From NCBI RefSeq assembly GCF_009914755.1, contig NC_060947.1: a stretch of DNA of 64,000 bases. The stretch is one strand, 5' to 3'. Position 1 is the stretch's first letter. Each line of letters begins with the position of its first letter. This DNA comes from the human T2T-CHM13v2.0 reference genome, Homo sapiens. A program made the translations under genes and the position numbers. Below the pieces are notes generated by a model. The model was not told the origin of the DNA. It made no database searches and saw only the letters and a program-made list of their open reading frames with translations. This document shows positions 13,987-26,679 of this stretch, one piece after another.

Positions 13987-14837
13987 TGTAAATAAAAACG
14001 TATCTGAGACAGGTCTCAATTAATTTAGAGGTCTATTTTGACAAGGTTAAGCATCATAACCTGTGACACATCCTCAGGAGATCCTAAAAACATGTGTCCA
14101 AGGTAGTTGAGTTGTAGCTTTATTTTACACATTTTAGGGAGACAGAAGTTACAGGCAAAGGCATAAACTAATACATGTAAGGTTTACATTGGTTTGGCCT
14201 GGAAGGTAAGACATCTCCAAGAGGGAGCTTCCAGAATGTAGGTGGATTTAAAGGTTTCCTATTTGACAGTTGGTTGAAAGGGCTAATCCCTGCCTGAAGA
14301 GTTGAAATCAGGTTGAACTAAGGTAAGAGGGGGTTGTGGAAGCTGAGGTTCTTTTCATATAGATGAAGCCTCCAAGTAGCCACCTTCAGAAACAGTAGTT
14401 GTATTTCTTCGACCTTAAAAGGTGTCAGGTTCCCTGGAAAGACCTAGTAAGGGAAGGAGATTCTGTACAGAATGCAAAATTTCCTTCATAAGAGATAGTT
14501 TTGCAGAGCCATTTAAAAATATGTCAAATGAATATATTTTGGGGTAAAATACTTTGATTTCCTTTAGGGCCTGCTATCTGTCATGTGATGCTATACTAGA
14601 GTCAGTTTGAAATTTGGTATCTTATTGTTACAAAGAGTCTGTTCTATCTCTATTTTAATGTTAATGCTGATGAGCTGTGCTTAAACTCCAAAGAGAGGAA
14701 AGTGTAATGATGCATGTCCAACACCCTCCTTCCCTTTATGGTCTGAACTGTATTTTCAGGTTTCTTTGGGTCCCCTTGGCCAAGAAGAGGGTCCACTCAG
14801 TCAGTTAGGGGGCTTAGAATTTTACTTTTGGTTTACA
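13987..14837 (-). mobile_element. MER4-family (ERV1) solo LTR
   Basis: TG...CA termini. The reverse complement begins TGTAAACCAAAAGTAAAATTCTAAGCCCC, as in MER4B/D/E. 4-bp TSD GCCT at 13983-13986 and 14838-14841. Confidence 0.85.
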
Positions 14838-15175
14838 GCCTCAACTGAAATCACAGCCCTATGTATCAGTGATGTTACCAGCTGATTGTTATTGTTTTTG
14901 ATAGTGTCATGTATATAAGACATCTTTTTTGGTAGGAGTAAGTGTGAGTCAGACCAAATAGTGGCAATGCCCTGGGAAAAGATATTTTCCAAAGAGCTCC
15001 TATTCAGATATAATATTGACTATGCTTTGAGTATGAGTTTTTAATAAAGCCCCAAAGGACAGCAGTCTTCTCTGCTGGCCAGAAGGTTGCCTACTTTTCA
15101 TTGCTACCATGCCACAGAGAGGGGTTGGGGGTGGAGAGGTGGGATGAGTATAGTTCTAAGTTAAAGTGCTACAAA

Positions 15176-15377
15176 TTGGGAAATCAAGTTTAGTCTAAAG
15201 CTGACCCCTTACGTATTTTAAGTATGGCTTAAAGGTTTCTCTGTACATCATGAACTGTAACAAGTGGAGGTGTAAACAGACTGTAGCTTACACTTGTGCC
15301 ATTCATTGAGTTTTAGCCAATCATACATAGCCAACTGTTTGAACCATGTTCAAATAAGGCAAATGCTGAGCTGCAAC
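15176..15377 (+). mobile_element. MER57-like LTR, 5' part only
   Basis: AAGTTTAGTCTAAAGCTG...AAAGGTTTCTCTGTACAT...GTTCAAATAAGGCAAATGCTGAGCTG resembles recalled MER57. Interrupted by the MER61 LTR. Confidence 0.7.
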
Positions 15378-18368
15378 TGTTGCAGGACTTTTCCTTAGTT
15401 CAGCTAAAGATGGGGTCCTTGTGCATCTCTGGCCATGAAAATTTAGGCTTGCAGACAGTTTGAAGGATGAGCAAAGCAGAGTTTTGTTGGATGAAAAGGA
15501 AGAAAAGGGAGAAACAGAGACTCTTGCTAGGTCAGAGTCCCACTCACAGCTTCCTGCTCGGCTTTTTGAATCCTAATTTTCACACAGGAAGAGGAGGGGC
15601 CAGGCTCTTCCTTGTTGAAAAGGGTTCAAACTACCTCAGGCTCCACTCTAGTGTGCAGGCAGGTTGGAGTCTTTCCAGGAACGCCCCCTCCCACCTGGCT
15701 GTCTTATTTCTCCCTCTAAAAAAGTACATCTAACTGCCCTTAGATTAAGGATAGGGATGAAGACCCATCTTAACTGCTTCCTGCTGACAGGAGGAGCTGT
15801 TTCCAGGAAATGATAGTCAGAGCTTCCTCAGAGGCCTATTTAAGGGTCTCCAGCAGAAGGGGCAATAGTCAGAGGTTCTGGATGCATGGCCGTTTGGAGT
15901 TTGATGGCCTGAAGGCAAGAACAGAGAAACCGGGTTATTAGAAAACATGTATCAAAATGAAACAACGGGATGGGTAAGGATAGCTGAAAAATTCCAAGGA
16001 CTTTTACCAGTTTACACAGGGAGAAGGAGGCCAAAAGCCCAACTGGTTTAAAAAAAAAAAAAAAAAACTTTACCCTTTTGCAGGTATGTTGGGCTTCTCA
16101 GCTTCCTTCCCCTAAGCTCAATCCTAGGCCAACTAATTGAAGGTTTGGGGAATTATCTCTTTCCAGTTTGGAGGCTGCATCTGAGGGGAGTGTCCCATAG
16201 TACAGAGACACAATTATCTATCAGTGAAGAGAGAACCAACGAAAAAAAAAGGAAAAAAGGCTTCTTTTAAAGTAGTCCCAAGGGTTCAGGATGCATTCAA
16301 AATGAGTACAGACTAAAAATGAATGGCTACCCATCTATAAAGAGGGGAGAAGGCATCCCTGGTTACCATATCTTCCTAGCAGATACCCAGGGTATGTGAG
16401 GGAGAGAGGGAGGAGCATCCTCTTTTCCTCTTACGTCCTTGCATCCCTGAGTCCCAGTGACTTTGGCAGGTGTTGCCATGGGTACCAAAGTGGCTTGCAC
16501 CCATGAAGCAGGGGGGCTTAGGGGGAGGGAATCATCTACTCTTACTCACATACACCTGATCTCCCCTGCTGTCAGTAGCCTTGGAGTTCCCTAGACCTCA
16601 TTTATTCCATATATATTAACGTGGCCTTTATCCATGAAACAGGAAGCTTGGGCTTGGCTTAATTGGAATCAGCCACGCTCACCTGTGCTGTGCCTTTTAA
16701 CTTCTGTTATCATTTGCCTCTGGATCCCTTAGATCCAGTTTTCTTTCCTTGAGCTTTGACCCAAAGCTTGGAATTGAGTCTGGGACAAAAATGTATCTCT
16801 TGTGGAGGGGCGCGGGGGTGTTGCATGAACTCCTTACTATAAGCCAAATGCTAAGGTGCAACTGTGGAACTGCATCCTCCTCCAAAAAGGGAGAGAAAAG
16901 GATGTCTTGTGACACACCCAGTTAACTGGTGGTTATAGTTATGTATGCTAGAATTTGTGTGCATGGTGCTTGGCTTTGGTTAGCTCCCTCAGTCTGGCTT
17001 CCCCAAAAGGGAATCTCCAGGTGATTGGCACCCTATTTATTCCCCAATTATTCCATCGCCTGGCAGGATTTGCAGGATAATTGCTCAGAATTAGAATACT
17101 GATCCAGATTTCTACATTACCTATCCCTCTTGTTCTTTCTGAGATGCAGCTAGGGATTGCTGGTTGGTTCACAGGAGCAAGCAGGGTTAGATTAAAATGT
17201 ACGTGAAAACTTAAATACAACTAGTGAGTTTAGAATTTAATGATAAATGTATGATAAGTTTTGGAACACAATTTCTGTCTCTCTCCAGTCCTCATTTTTG
17301 TTAAAAATAAAATCATCATAGGACTGAGTGGTTTACAAAATAGACTTTAGTTTTATACTTGGCCTGATTATTTGCATAAAGTGCAGCAAGAATAATTATT
17401 TCTACATAGGCCTTTTGGATTGGCTTTGATGGAATTCTGTTCCACAAGGAATCTCAGAAAAGAACTTTTAAATCTGAGCACAACCATGGGATTGTATCCT
17501 CAAACACCTGTGAGTTGGGTGATTCTCTCCTCTTAGGGTCCCAAGATAAATTTGGAGCTCCTAGACCTGCTATAAGGTGGAATTCTTTACTGACCACAGG
17601 TTAGAAACCCTGTACAGGGACTGTGTAGATGAGGGTATGAGGCCAGTCTCCCATTGGGCTTTTATCAGCTGCAAGTTGAGATTGACTCCTTAAAGGGAAG
17701 CATACCCTTCCAGTCAAAGCCTTGGTAAAATAATGACCTTTTCCAATTGTGTCCTGTTGCAAAAAAAAAAAAAAAAAATATTATTGCACTGATGTAAACA
17801 ACTGTATTGCCATAAGAATACTCACAAATAGTTTCCAAATTTTACAGAAAACAGGCAGAGAGAGAAACAAACATGTTCCAAATTTTCTTCATAAGAGTAT
17901 ACCTTACTCAATTATTAAAGGCCATAAATAGTTCAAAATAAGTTTCCTTGACTCTGAAAAACAAAACAAAGATTAACAATATTCCAAGGAAAAGTCAAAA
18001 AGATTTGCTTCAGTTTCTTAAGTTTAGTCCGTTTAGTTAACTCTTGTTTTGCTTGACATTTGTGAGCATTTCAGCTTTTCATGAGTCCTGTACATTTTCC
18101 TTTATTCCAATGTCACAATCTCCAAAATTATCAGAAGCCTTATTGTCTCAAATACAATCAGAAATTGTATTTGGAAGCACTATCAGAGTCTCATAGCTTC
18201 TTATAAACCATCTTTTGAAAAGGATTAAAACCAGGCAACTATTGTCTGTTAATAGTAAACTGTCCAAGGTAGTTACAGTTAGAAACACAATTCACAAAGA
18301 AGTTTGGTTATCTCTGTGGTTTCAAATAACTTAACAGTCTTAATTACGATTGGTAGCATATACTTAGA
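15378..18368 (-). mobile_element. MER61-like 3' LTR (15378-15706) plus MER4-group non-coding internal sequence
   Basis: TGTTGCAGGACTTTTCCTTAGTTCAGCTAAAGA...CCCACCTGGCTGTCTTA matches the reverse of MER61. A polypurine tract is adjacent (TTTCTCCCTCT on +). Internal motifs are typical of MER4-group ERV1 (TTATTTGCATAAAGTGCAGCAAGAAT, AIKLQ). Confidence 0.75.
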
Positions 18369-18891
18369 TGTTAGGAATAAGGCTCAAAATTCTAAGGAAA
18401 TTGAACACTCAAACAAAGGATTCTTAGCAAAACAATTTTACTTCTGCACAGAGGGTGCCTCCTTGGCCAGTTGCCATGAGAGCACACATGAACAAAGGGG
18501 CACAAGAGCCTTTATTCCTGATGCAAGTCCTGCCTCTGTACCCTTTCCCCATTGGCCGGGGTCGGGTTGTACAATTTAAACTAATCCCGGTTGGCTAAAC
18601 AGTTGATTTTTTTTTTTTTTTTTTTTTTTAGATAGGGTGGACACGTAAAAGAAAGTGGTGAGGAAGGGGAAGGGGTGTTTGTAATGAGCTAGAAAGTTAG
18701 TCCTCTTTCCAAATAAGGAAAAGAATGTGAGCTGGTACTGATAACACTTGGTCCTGAGGAGTGCCTGGGCATCTAACAAAGGCAAAAAGGAAAAAGGAGA
18801 AAAAGGAGGAAAAGCGGGGAGGGGGTTACTATGAATTAAAGAATAAAAGATTAACCAGATTATTTGAAGAGAAACCTCATCATATCCCACA
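18369..18891 (-). mobile_element. LTR10A-like 3' LTR of a HERV-I provirus
   Basis: TG...CA termini; the minus strand starts TGTGGGATATGATGAGGTTTCTCTTC. Preceded on minus by the PPT AAAAGGGAAAGTGGGAAGT; AATAAA on minus at about 18511-18516. Confidence 0.85.
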
Positions 18892-20950
18892 ACTTCCCAC
18901 TTTCCCTTTTGTTTTAACTCTTTCTAGCATAATTTGGCTCCGTTGTTCTACTTGGTCTTCTAGAAGGAAAAGCCTATTTGAATTAGGGGAGGAAGGATCG
19001 TAAGAGATTTTAGTGAGAGCTGTTTCAATAAGTCTTTGTATTAACCCTGGGGCACAGGGTATGATGCAGCATCCTACAAGAATAAGCAACCCTATTCCAA
19101 TGGCTAGAGAGATGAGGATTGAGGACATAAGTCCCTTCCATCTACCAAACCAATTTCCCATTAAATTTGTGAAGGGATCGTTTAGTCCAGAATTTTTGAC
19201 TAGTTCATTTGATAAGGCAGTAAGATCTTGTAATGCTTTAGTTATCGTCTCACCAGGAGCAGTGTTATTAGGAATATAAGTACAGCTTTTGGTCCTGATC
19301 ATGACACAAACTCCACCTTCCTTTGCTAGTGTCATGTCTAATGCTATCCTATTTTCCCAGGCCATTTGACTGGCGGGTCCTAATTGTTCAGCTATTCCTT
19401 TAATAGCATCTCTAGTATAATTAATAAATCATTGCTGATTATAATAAATGTAATTTATCCAATCCACATTTTTATTTACAGTTAACCACCAGAAGAACAT
19501 AGATTCAAATCTGGCAACTATTTGGTTTCGGGCCTTAAATTCATTTGGCACTCCTCTTGGGACCCCAATGGCATCTATATAAACATGAGAATTGAAGGCC
19601 CCTTGGAGGGTCTCTCTTGTTTGACAATGTTTGGTTCCCACCCTTTCTGGTTGATGAAATGCCAGGGTGCAAGGGATGGCCAATTGAATTAGAGCACAAA
19701 TTCCGCTCCAGTTACTTGGCAGAGTGTCCAGTATTGGTCCACCACAATACCACCACATATCTGCTTGAGGATGGCTAAGGGCAGACTGATGGGTAAGCTC
19801 TTGGAAGGGCTTAAGCTCACTGCATCCCATTAAGGCTCCAAGGAATGCCAAATTCTCTCCCTGTCATGAGAGACACGAAGTAAAATTGGCATTGGGAGAT
19901 GGACGCTGAATGGCCCTCAGGGGCTGACCCGCAGGGTGTTTAACTTCAGGGAACAGCAGAAAAAGAGCTTGGCATGATTTGTTACAACAGGCTGAGGGGT
20001 CTTGGAAGAGAGCTACCATAAAGCTCATGCCCGATCGGCTGGAAGATCATCCAAGTGGAAAGGGGACAATCTGGGCCTCTGGTCTACCATGCACACAAGC
20101 ATTATATTACTTTTGTTTAAAGTGCAGATGGAATATTTAATCCATTCCAACCAGGCATTTGCATCTTGATATCCTGTCTCTAGAGCTATAGCTTGCCTTA
20201 AGTTTTCTACCTCCACAACTGTTACCTTGGTTGGGTCATTTTGGAGATGGGAGGAGGATGTTGGACTCACTATACTTGGGGAGAGCATTGGGTTCTACGT
20301 GTCTCCCAGACTTTGGGTCTGAACTCCTTTATTATTGTTAACCAGTGTTTTAACTAACCTCAGGGAGAAGATTCCTATAGGGTCCTGTCCTTCAACATCT
20401 ACTCCTAACCCATACCATTAGAATATAGAGGGCTCTTGGGCCATTTTCCAAGGATTATTTATAATCAGCAACAAGAAGTTACAGTGTAATGGCTTACAAT
20501 TTGGTGGGGTGGGACCATGGACTAGTTGGAGTTTTTGTTTTAGTCCCCATAACGTATTTGAAGCTGGGGGTTTGGCTGTCCACCCTTTGTACTTAGTAGT
20601 CCACCGAACATCTGCCCAGTCACCACAGGGACTTTTTAAGGCTCCGTACTTATACCTGCTGGATTCTTCATGGTATGGACATCGATACTTATCAACATGG
20701 AATAGCTTCTTTTGAGCTTGCTCATCTCCACACGGGGTGGCTGAACAGACATCAAACTGAAGGGTTAAAGGATGACTAGCCTGAGTTACATCGATGACAA
20801 GATGACCTTCTGTTGAAAAGAAAAAAGATACAAACAAGTGACTATTAGGCTCTTTTTAGAGTTACTTTGGTGGGGGTGGGCCCTGGAGTGACAGTCCATG
20901 ATTCTGGAGGCGGTGGCACCTTCTTGACTCAGGTGTGATGAGCCCATCCT
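18880..20950 (-). pseudogene. env: ERV envelope, disrupted
   Basis: TM region with immunosuppressive domain WENRIALDMTLAKEGGVC, CX6C(C)-like CVMIRTKSC and a hydrophobic anchor LISLAIGIGLLILVGCC. SU pieces WWYCG...LPSNWSG.CAL and ETGYQDANAWLEW. Broken into 4 or more ORFs; the probable furin site reads HCQTR. Confidence 0.9.
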
Positions 20951-23900
20951 CTTTCCGCTGTCTGGATTGCAGTCTCAGTAGTTAGGAGCACTAGGTAGGG
21001 TCCTTCCCTGGCTGGTTCGAGCTTCCCTTCCTTCCACCCTTTGATGAGAACGTGGTCTCTGGGCTGATGCTTATGTGCTGAGAACTCCAAGGGTGGTGCC
21101 TGTGCTCGGAGGCCTTTAGTCTTAAGTGAAGAGAAGGTAGGGGATAGACAAAGTATACAATTTTTGAGGAACTGATCTTTTGTTTCAAACGTAGGGATGT
21201 CAGGAGTGGAGTATAAGTAGGGCAATCCATAGAGCATTTCATAAGGGAAGAGACCAATATCTCTCTGAGGAGCAGTCTGGATTCTTAACAAAGCAATAGG
21301 AAGACATTTAGTCCATGGCAATCGAGTTTCTAAAGCTAACTTAGTTAAGTGGTTTTTTAGAGTCTGGTTCATCCACTCTACTCTTCCTGAGGAGGATGGA
21401 TGCCAAGGGGTGTGGTATTCTCAATTTATATCTAGTACTTGGGCTAACTTCTTAGTGACATGCGCAGTGAAGTGGGTTCCATTATCTGAGTCAATATTTT
21501 CTATTAGTCCAAATCTGGATATGATATTTTCAATTTATGCTTTAACTACATTACCAGCGGTTGCACTTGAGAATGGGTTTGCCTCTACCCAGTGGGTAAA
21601 GTGGTCTATTATTACTAATAAGTATTTTAAATGACCAATTGGGGCATTTCAGTGTAATCGATCTGAACACTTTGAAATGGTCTCGACCCTGGAATTCTTC
21701 CTCCAAGGGGCGATTTCCTTAGAACCTGTTTATTAGTATTTTTACACATTAAACTACTATCTATAACTTGTTTGGCCAGGGTGTAAATTCCTATACACCC
21801 ATAAACCCGGAGAACTACATTGCACATTGCTTGGGGTCCCCAATGGGTCCCCTGGAGACCTCCCTCATGAGAAGTTTGGATAACATTTCCCCCTGATCTG
21901 TCAATATTCATTTCCCTTCCACATTTTCTTTAGCTCCTATTTTTGTTAACCTCTCTTTTTCAATGGAAGAGAAAATGGGGGTTGCAGTAGGAGAAGGAAG
22001 GCATGGAGTTAAATGAAAAACAGGCATTGCGGAAGAAACGGCAACTTGTTTTGCTATCTGATCTGCAAGATTATTTCCCCAAATTGTGAGAGACAAGTCC
22101 CTGTGGTGCCCTGGGACATGCACAATATCTATCTCTTCCCGCAATTGGAGATTGTTGAGGACACTAGTAATCAGCTCTCTATGAACTAAAACTTGGCCTC
22201 TACTTTTGATAAGACCCCTGTCCATACAAATTTTCCCAAATATGTGTGCCATCCCAAAGGTATACTTAGAGTCAGTATAGATAGTTCCTTCTTGGTTTTG
22301 TAAATGTCCTAAAGCTTGGCTGAGTGCAAACAGTTCACACATTTGGGCAGACCAATCATTAGGCAGCCTTCCTGATTCTACTTCTTCAGGAGTCTCTCAG
22401 TCAATCACTGAATACCCATTATGTCTTCCCTTCAATCACCCTGGAGGACTAATCTATGAATAAGTGCTACCCTGTCTTGAAGGGAGTTTCTCCTAAGTCT
22501 GGTTGAACTTTTATATGATAGTCAATCAAATCTAAACATACATGATCCCGTTTTAAGTTTGGATCCCCTGTTAAAATGCCTGCTGGATTAAGTGAATTAT
22601 CAGTAGTTAATATTAAATCACATTTTTCCAGTAAGATACCCTCATATTTTAAAATTCTTGAGTAAGTGATCCATCTCCCTGCTTTCTGATTTAATATAGT
22701 TCTAACTTGGTGGGGCGTGCTTACTGTTAACTTTCCTCCAAAGGTTAACTTTCTACTTTCTTCAACTAATAGTGCTGTAGCTGCGATGGATTGGGTACAC
22801 TGGGGCCACCCACAAGTGACTGGGTCTAAGACCTTTGACAAGAAGGCCACGGGCTGTTGGTGGCCTCCATGTTCTTGGGTGAGCACTCCTAGGGCTACCC
22901 TGTTGTTTACATTAATGAAAAGGTGAAATGGCTTTTCTAGGGAAGGTAGAACTAGAACAAGGGTGGTTATGAGCATCTCTTTTAATTCCTCAATCTGCTG
23001 GATTTCCTGGGAAGTCCACAAGAGATTATCAGGCTTCCACTGGGCAAGTTTCTTACATAGAAGTTTACTTTTTAATGCATATGAGTCAATCCATAAACAA
23101 CAATATCCAATTAGTCCTAAAAATTTCCTGAGTTTTTGTTTAGTTTGGGGCAGGGGTAGGGAAACAATTTCCTCCACTCTTTCAGGTCCTATTTTTCATT
23201 TACCTGCACTGATTAGGTGGCCTAAGTATTTAACTTCAGGTTCTACATACTGAAGTTTCCCTTTTGAGACCCGCAAACTCTCACATTGCAAGTGATTGAG
23301 AATGTGTGTAGAGAAGTCACCTACTCCTTTTATGTCTTTACCAGATATAAGAAGATCATCCATGCACTGAAGCAGACGTATTTGTTTAGGGACTGTAACT
23401 TTCTCTAGTACTTGTTCTAGGATCTGACCAAAGAGGTTGGGGGAGTCTGTGAACCCCTGGGGCAAGACTGTCCATCGATATTGTTGTCTCTGCCCCGAAT
23501 AGGGGTCTTCTGACTCAAAAGCAAATGTATCTCGGCTATCCTCAGCCAAGGGGCATGCCTAGAAGGCATCCTTCAGATCTATCACTATAAACCGTTGATG
23601 ATAATATGGAATTTTGCTAAGAATGGTGTAAGAGTTAGGAACACTGGGGTGAGTGGTCTGGACTGTTTGATTAATAGCTCTAAGGTCTTGCATCAATCGA
23701 TATGACCCATCTGATTTCTTGACAGGCAGGATTGGGGTATTGTAAGGAGACATACAGGGTTCAAGAAGCCCATCTTTAATGAGACCCTCAATTACAGGCT
23801 TTAGCCCTACTCTGCCCGTTAAAGAAATGGGGTATTGCTTTCTCCTTACTATTTCCCCAGGGGTTTTTAGTTTGATATATATTGGAGGGATTTGGAGTTT

Positions 23901-24329
23901 CCCTCTATTTCCTTCCTTTGACCAGATATCAGGATGAATATATTTCTCATCCTCAGCAGCAAGTAAATGTAGTGAAGTGAGGAATCCTTTAGGGCCCACT
24001 TGAAGGCCTATGCCTAGATTTAACACTAGGTCCCTTCCTAATAAATTAGTTCCTGCTTCAGGAATTAATAAAAATTGAATATGGGTAAATCGATCTTGAT
24101 ATCTGACTTCTGTGCTTTCTAAAATTTTTGCCTTAAATCCTTCTCCTTCTACCCCAGAGATGAAAAGTTCTTCTGAAGAGCAGGTGAGACCAGGTGGAGG
24201 GAAACAGAGGAGCGTGAAGCCCCTGAATCAACTAGAAAGGTGATAAATTCAGGTTTAGACCCCACATCCAAATTTATCAAGGGCTCCTGGTGGGACTCAA
24301 AATAAAAGAGGTGGAGCCCCCTGACTCCC
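20845..24329 (-). pseudogene. pol: ERV protease, RT, RNase H and integrase, disrupted
   Basis: Protease FLVDSGA. RT motifs PYNTPILPVKK, DLKDAF, LPQGF, and QCMDDLL (YxDD with Y changed to C). RNase H IYTDSKY...HVPGH. Integrase QIDYTEMP, MNQTLK and GPY. Multiple stops and frameshifts. Confidence 0.93.
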
Positions 24330-26150
24330 CTATTGTTCCTCAAAAGTCATGAGTGTGAAAGTTTCTCTCTCTCTCTCTAGTGCAGGACACTCCCTCTTGA
24401 AGTGGCCTGTTTTTCCACATTGGTAACATATATCTTGTCCTTCTCCCTTCTCAGTCTTAGCATTCTCTGCCCTTGCCCCCCTATACCCCTTAGGGGGCTT
24501 ATTAGTTGAAGACCTCAGCCCTCCAGATGGAGGCTTGGGCCTTCTTAAGAATGATCTAGGCCCCTTATCATCTCTGGCCCCTTGGAAGCCCTGCTTAGAG
24601 ATATATGGATTTGGAGCCATCTGCTGGAAGGTAGGTAACATAAGTTTTGTCTTTTGTTTTTGTTTTTCCTCATCTCTTCTGACATATACCGTTTGAGCCT
24701 CCCTAAGCAGTTCACTCAGGGGACGGTCCTCCCAATTTTCTATTTTTTAAATTTTCTTGAAATGTCTGGCCAACTTTTAGTAACAAAATGAAGTTTTAAC
24801 ATTCCCTGTCCAAGGGGATTTTCCAGATCAAGGCCTGCATATTGTCTCATTTGCTCCCTCAATCTAAGAATCTAGCATGTCCCTCATCTTTTTCCTGTTG
24901 AATATCAAATGCTTTAGAAAGATTTCAAGTTCGGGGTACTGATACTCGAATTCCTTTTGTTATTACCTCCCTTAGATCCTGCATGTTTTCCCAGTGATTT
25001 GCATTGTTATTGTCCCACTGAGGGTCGTGGGCGGGAAATTCATGGTCCACAGGAGGAACATTTTGACCCGGAGGGTGCTCACGTTCCCAGACTGCCACAG
25101 CAGCCCTCCGAATCATACTTCGTTCTTCCCCTGAAAAGAGGATGCCCCTGATGGACATCAACTCAGCCCAAGTGCCTATGTCAGGCCTTAAAAATTGATC
25201 AATTTGATCTGCTACTCCATAAGGGTCATCCAGTAATGGCTTAAGCTCCTTTTTTAAATTCCGGACCTCTGAACTAGTTAAGGGAGCGTTTACAAAGCCA
25301 ACAGCCCCTCTGCCTTGCGGTACCTCTCTAAAAGGAAAGAAAGTTGGATCTGTCTCTTTGGGTGTAGAGGGAAATACAAAGTTTTGAATATCTTTTTTTA
25401 CATTGCTCTATTTCACATTGAAGCCCCTTTAAAGATAGATTGGGAGGGGGCAGGCTCACATGACGGTAATTCTGCAGAGTCGGTATTATAAGGGGGGGGG
25501 AGGGTGAAATATGAGCAGAAGTATCACAAGCAAAGGAGGGATCCACAGCAGCAGCTGGGAGAATCGAACAGGCTGAGGCGCTGCCTGAAACAGCTGGGAA
25601 GTAACCCACAACGGGAGCCAGGGGGACGGCACACGCTGGGGCGTGACCTGACACGGGGACAGGAGGGGAGTGTTAATTTATTAATTGGATTACTGGCTTC
25701 AAGATGGAGCTCTTCAAGGAAGAAGGCCAGGAAGACTTGCACTTTCTAGAGCCTAATAAGCAGGCACAACTGGAAGGCAAAACAGATTCCCAATCAGTGT
25801 CCCATTTTCATACTGGATCCTGTATTCCCAAAAGAGAAACTCTATGGAACACGACAGTGCAATAATTTTACTGTGTATTTTATTGCAAAGTAACCCAAAG
25901 CCAATTAGCCCACTTTGTGATCAGCACATCCTCCCATGGGAGTCATCTCTCAGCAGACGGTGGGGACATTTCCATATTTTCTAGGCGGCAAAGTGCATGC
26001 TTCTCTAATCCAAATGTGCAAAGAGTTGAGTATTCACCCATAATTGCCATTTGCTATCCCTAAAAGTATATTTAGCCTTAGAGTTTGAAAGAAATGTATC
26101 TGCTTTAAATTCCTTGAGTTTCATGAGGAAAACAGGCTTTTCCCAAAATG
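24330..26150 (-). pseudogene. gag: ERV gag, disrupted and 5'-truncated
   Basis: CA-like ILFSGEERSMIRRAA...WEREHPPG, a single zinc knuckle CYQCGKTGHFKREC, and TAG at 24332-24330. Confidence 0.85.
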
Positions 26151-26191
26151 GGGTCTGTGACACCTCCTCTATTTTTCCCAAGGAATCTCAG

Positions 26192-26675
26192 GCACACATA
26201 CGGATTGCAGCACTATTCTCAATAGCAAAGAGATGGAATCAACCTAAATGCCCATTGGTGATAGACTGGATAAAGAAAATGTGGTTCATATACACCTTGG
26301 AATACTATGCAGCCATAAAAAACAATTTAATGTCCATTGCAGCAACATGGATAGAGCTTGAGGCCATTATTCTTAGCAAATTAATGTAGGAATAGAAAAC
26401 CAAATACTGCATGTTCTCACTTGTAAGTGGGAGCTAAATGATGAGAAAATATGGACACATAGAGTAGAACAACACACACTGGAGGCTTTCAGAGGGTGGG
26501 GGGTGGGAGGAGGAAGAAGATCAGGAAAAATAACTACTGTGTACTAGGCTTAATACCTGGGTGATGAAATAATCTGTATAACAAACTCCCATGACACAAG
26601 TTTACCTATGTAACAAACCTGCACTTGTATCCTTGAACATAAAAGTTAAAAAAGGTAAAAATAAATAAAATAGAA
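26192..26675 (+). mobile_element. L1PA13-15-like 3' end
   Basis: ORF2 C-terminus (AALFSIAKRWNQPKCP...EYYAAIK), 3'UTR AGGCTTAATACCTGGGTGATGAAATAATCTG and an A-rich tail. Confidence 0.85.
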
Positions 26676-26679
26676 ACAA

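Larger units (their letters stand above)
18369..26191 (-). mobile_element. HERV-I/HERVIP10-type class I endogenous retrovirus, 5'-truncated provirus
   Basis: Collinear gag, pro, pol and env remnants plus a 3' LTR. No 5' LTR or PBS; abrupt junction to an L1 3' end at about 26191. Confidence 0.9.
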
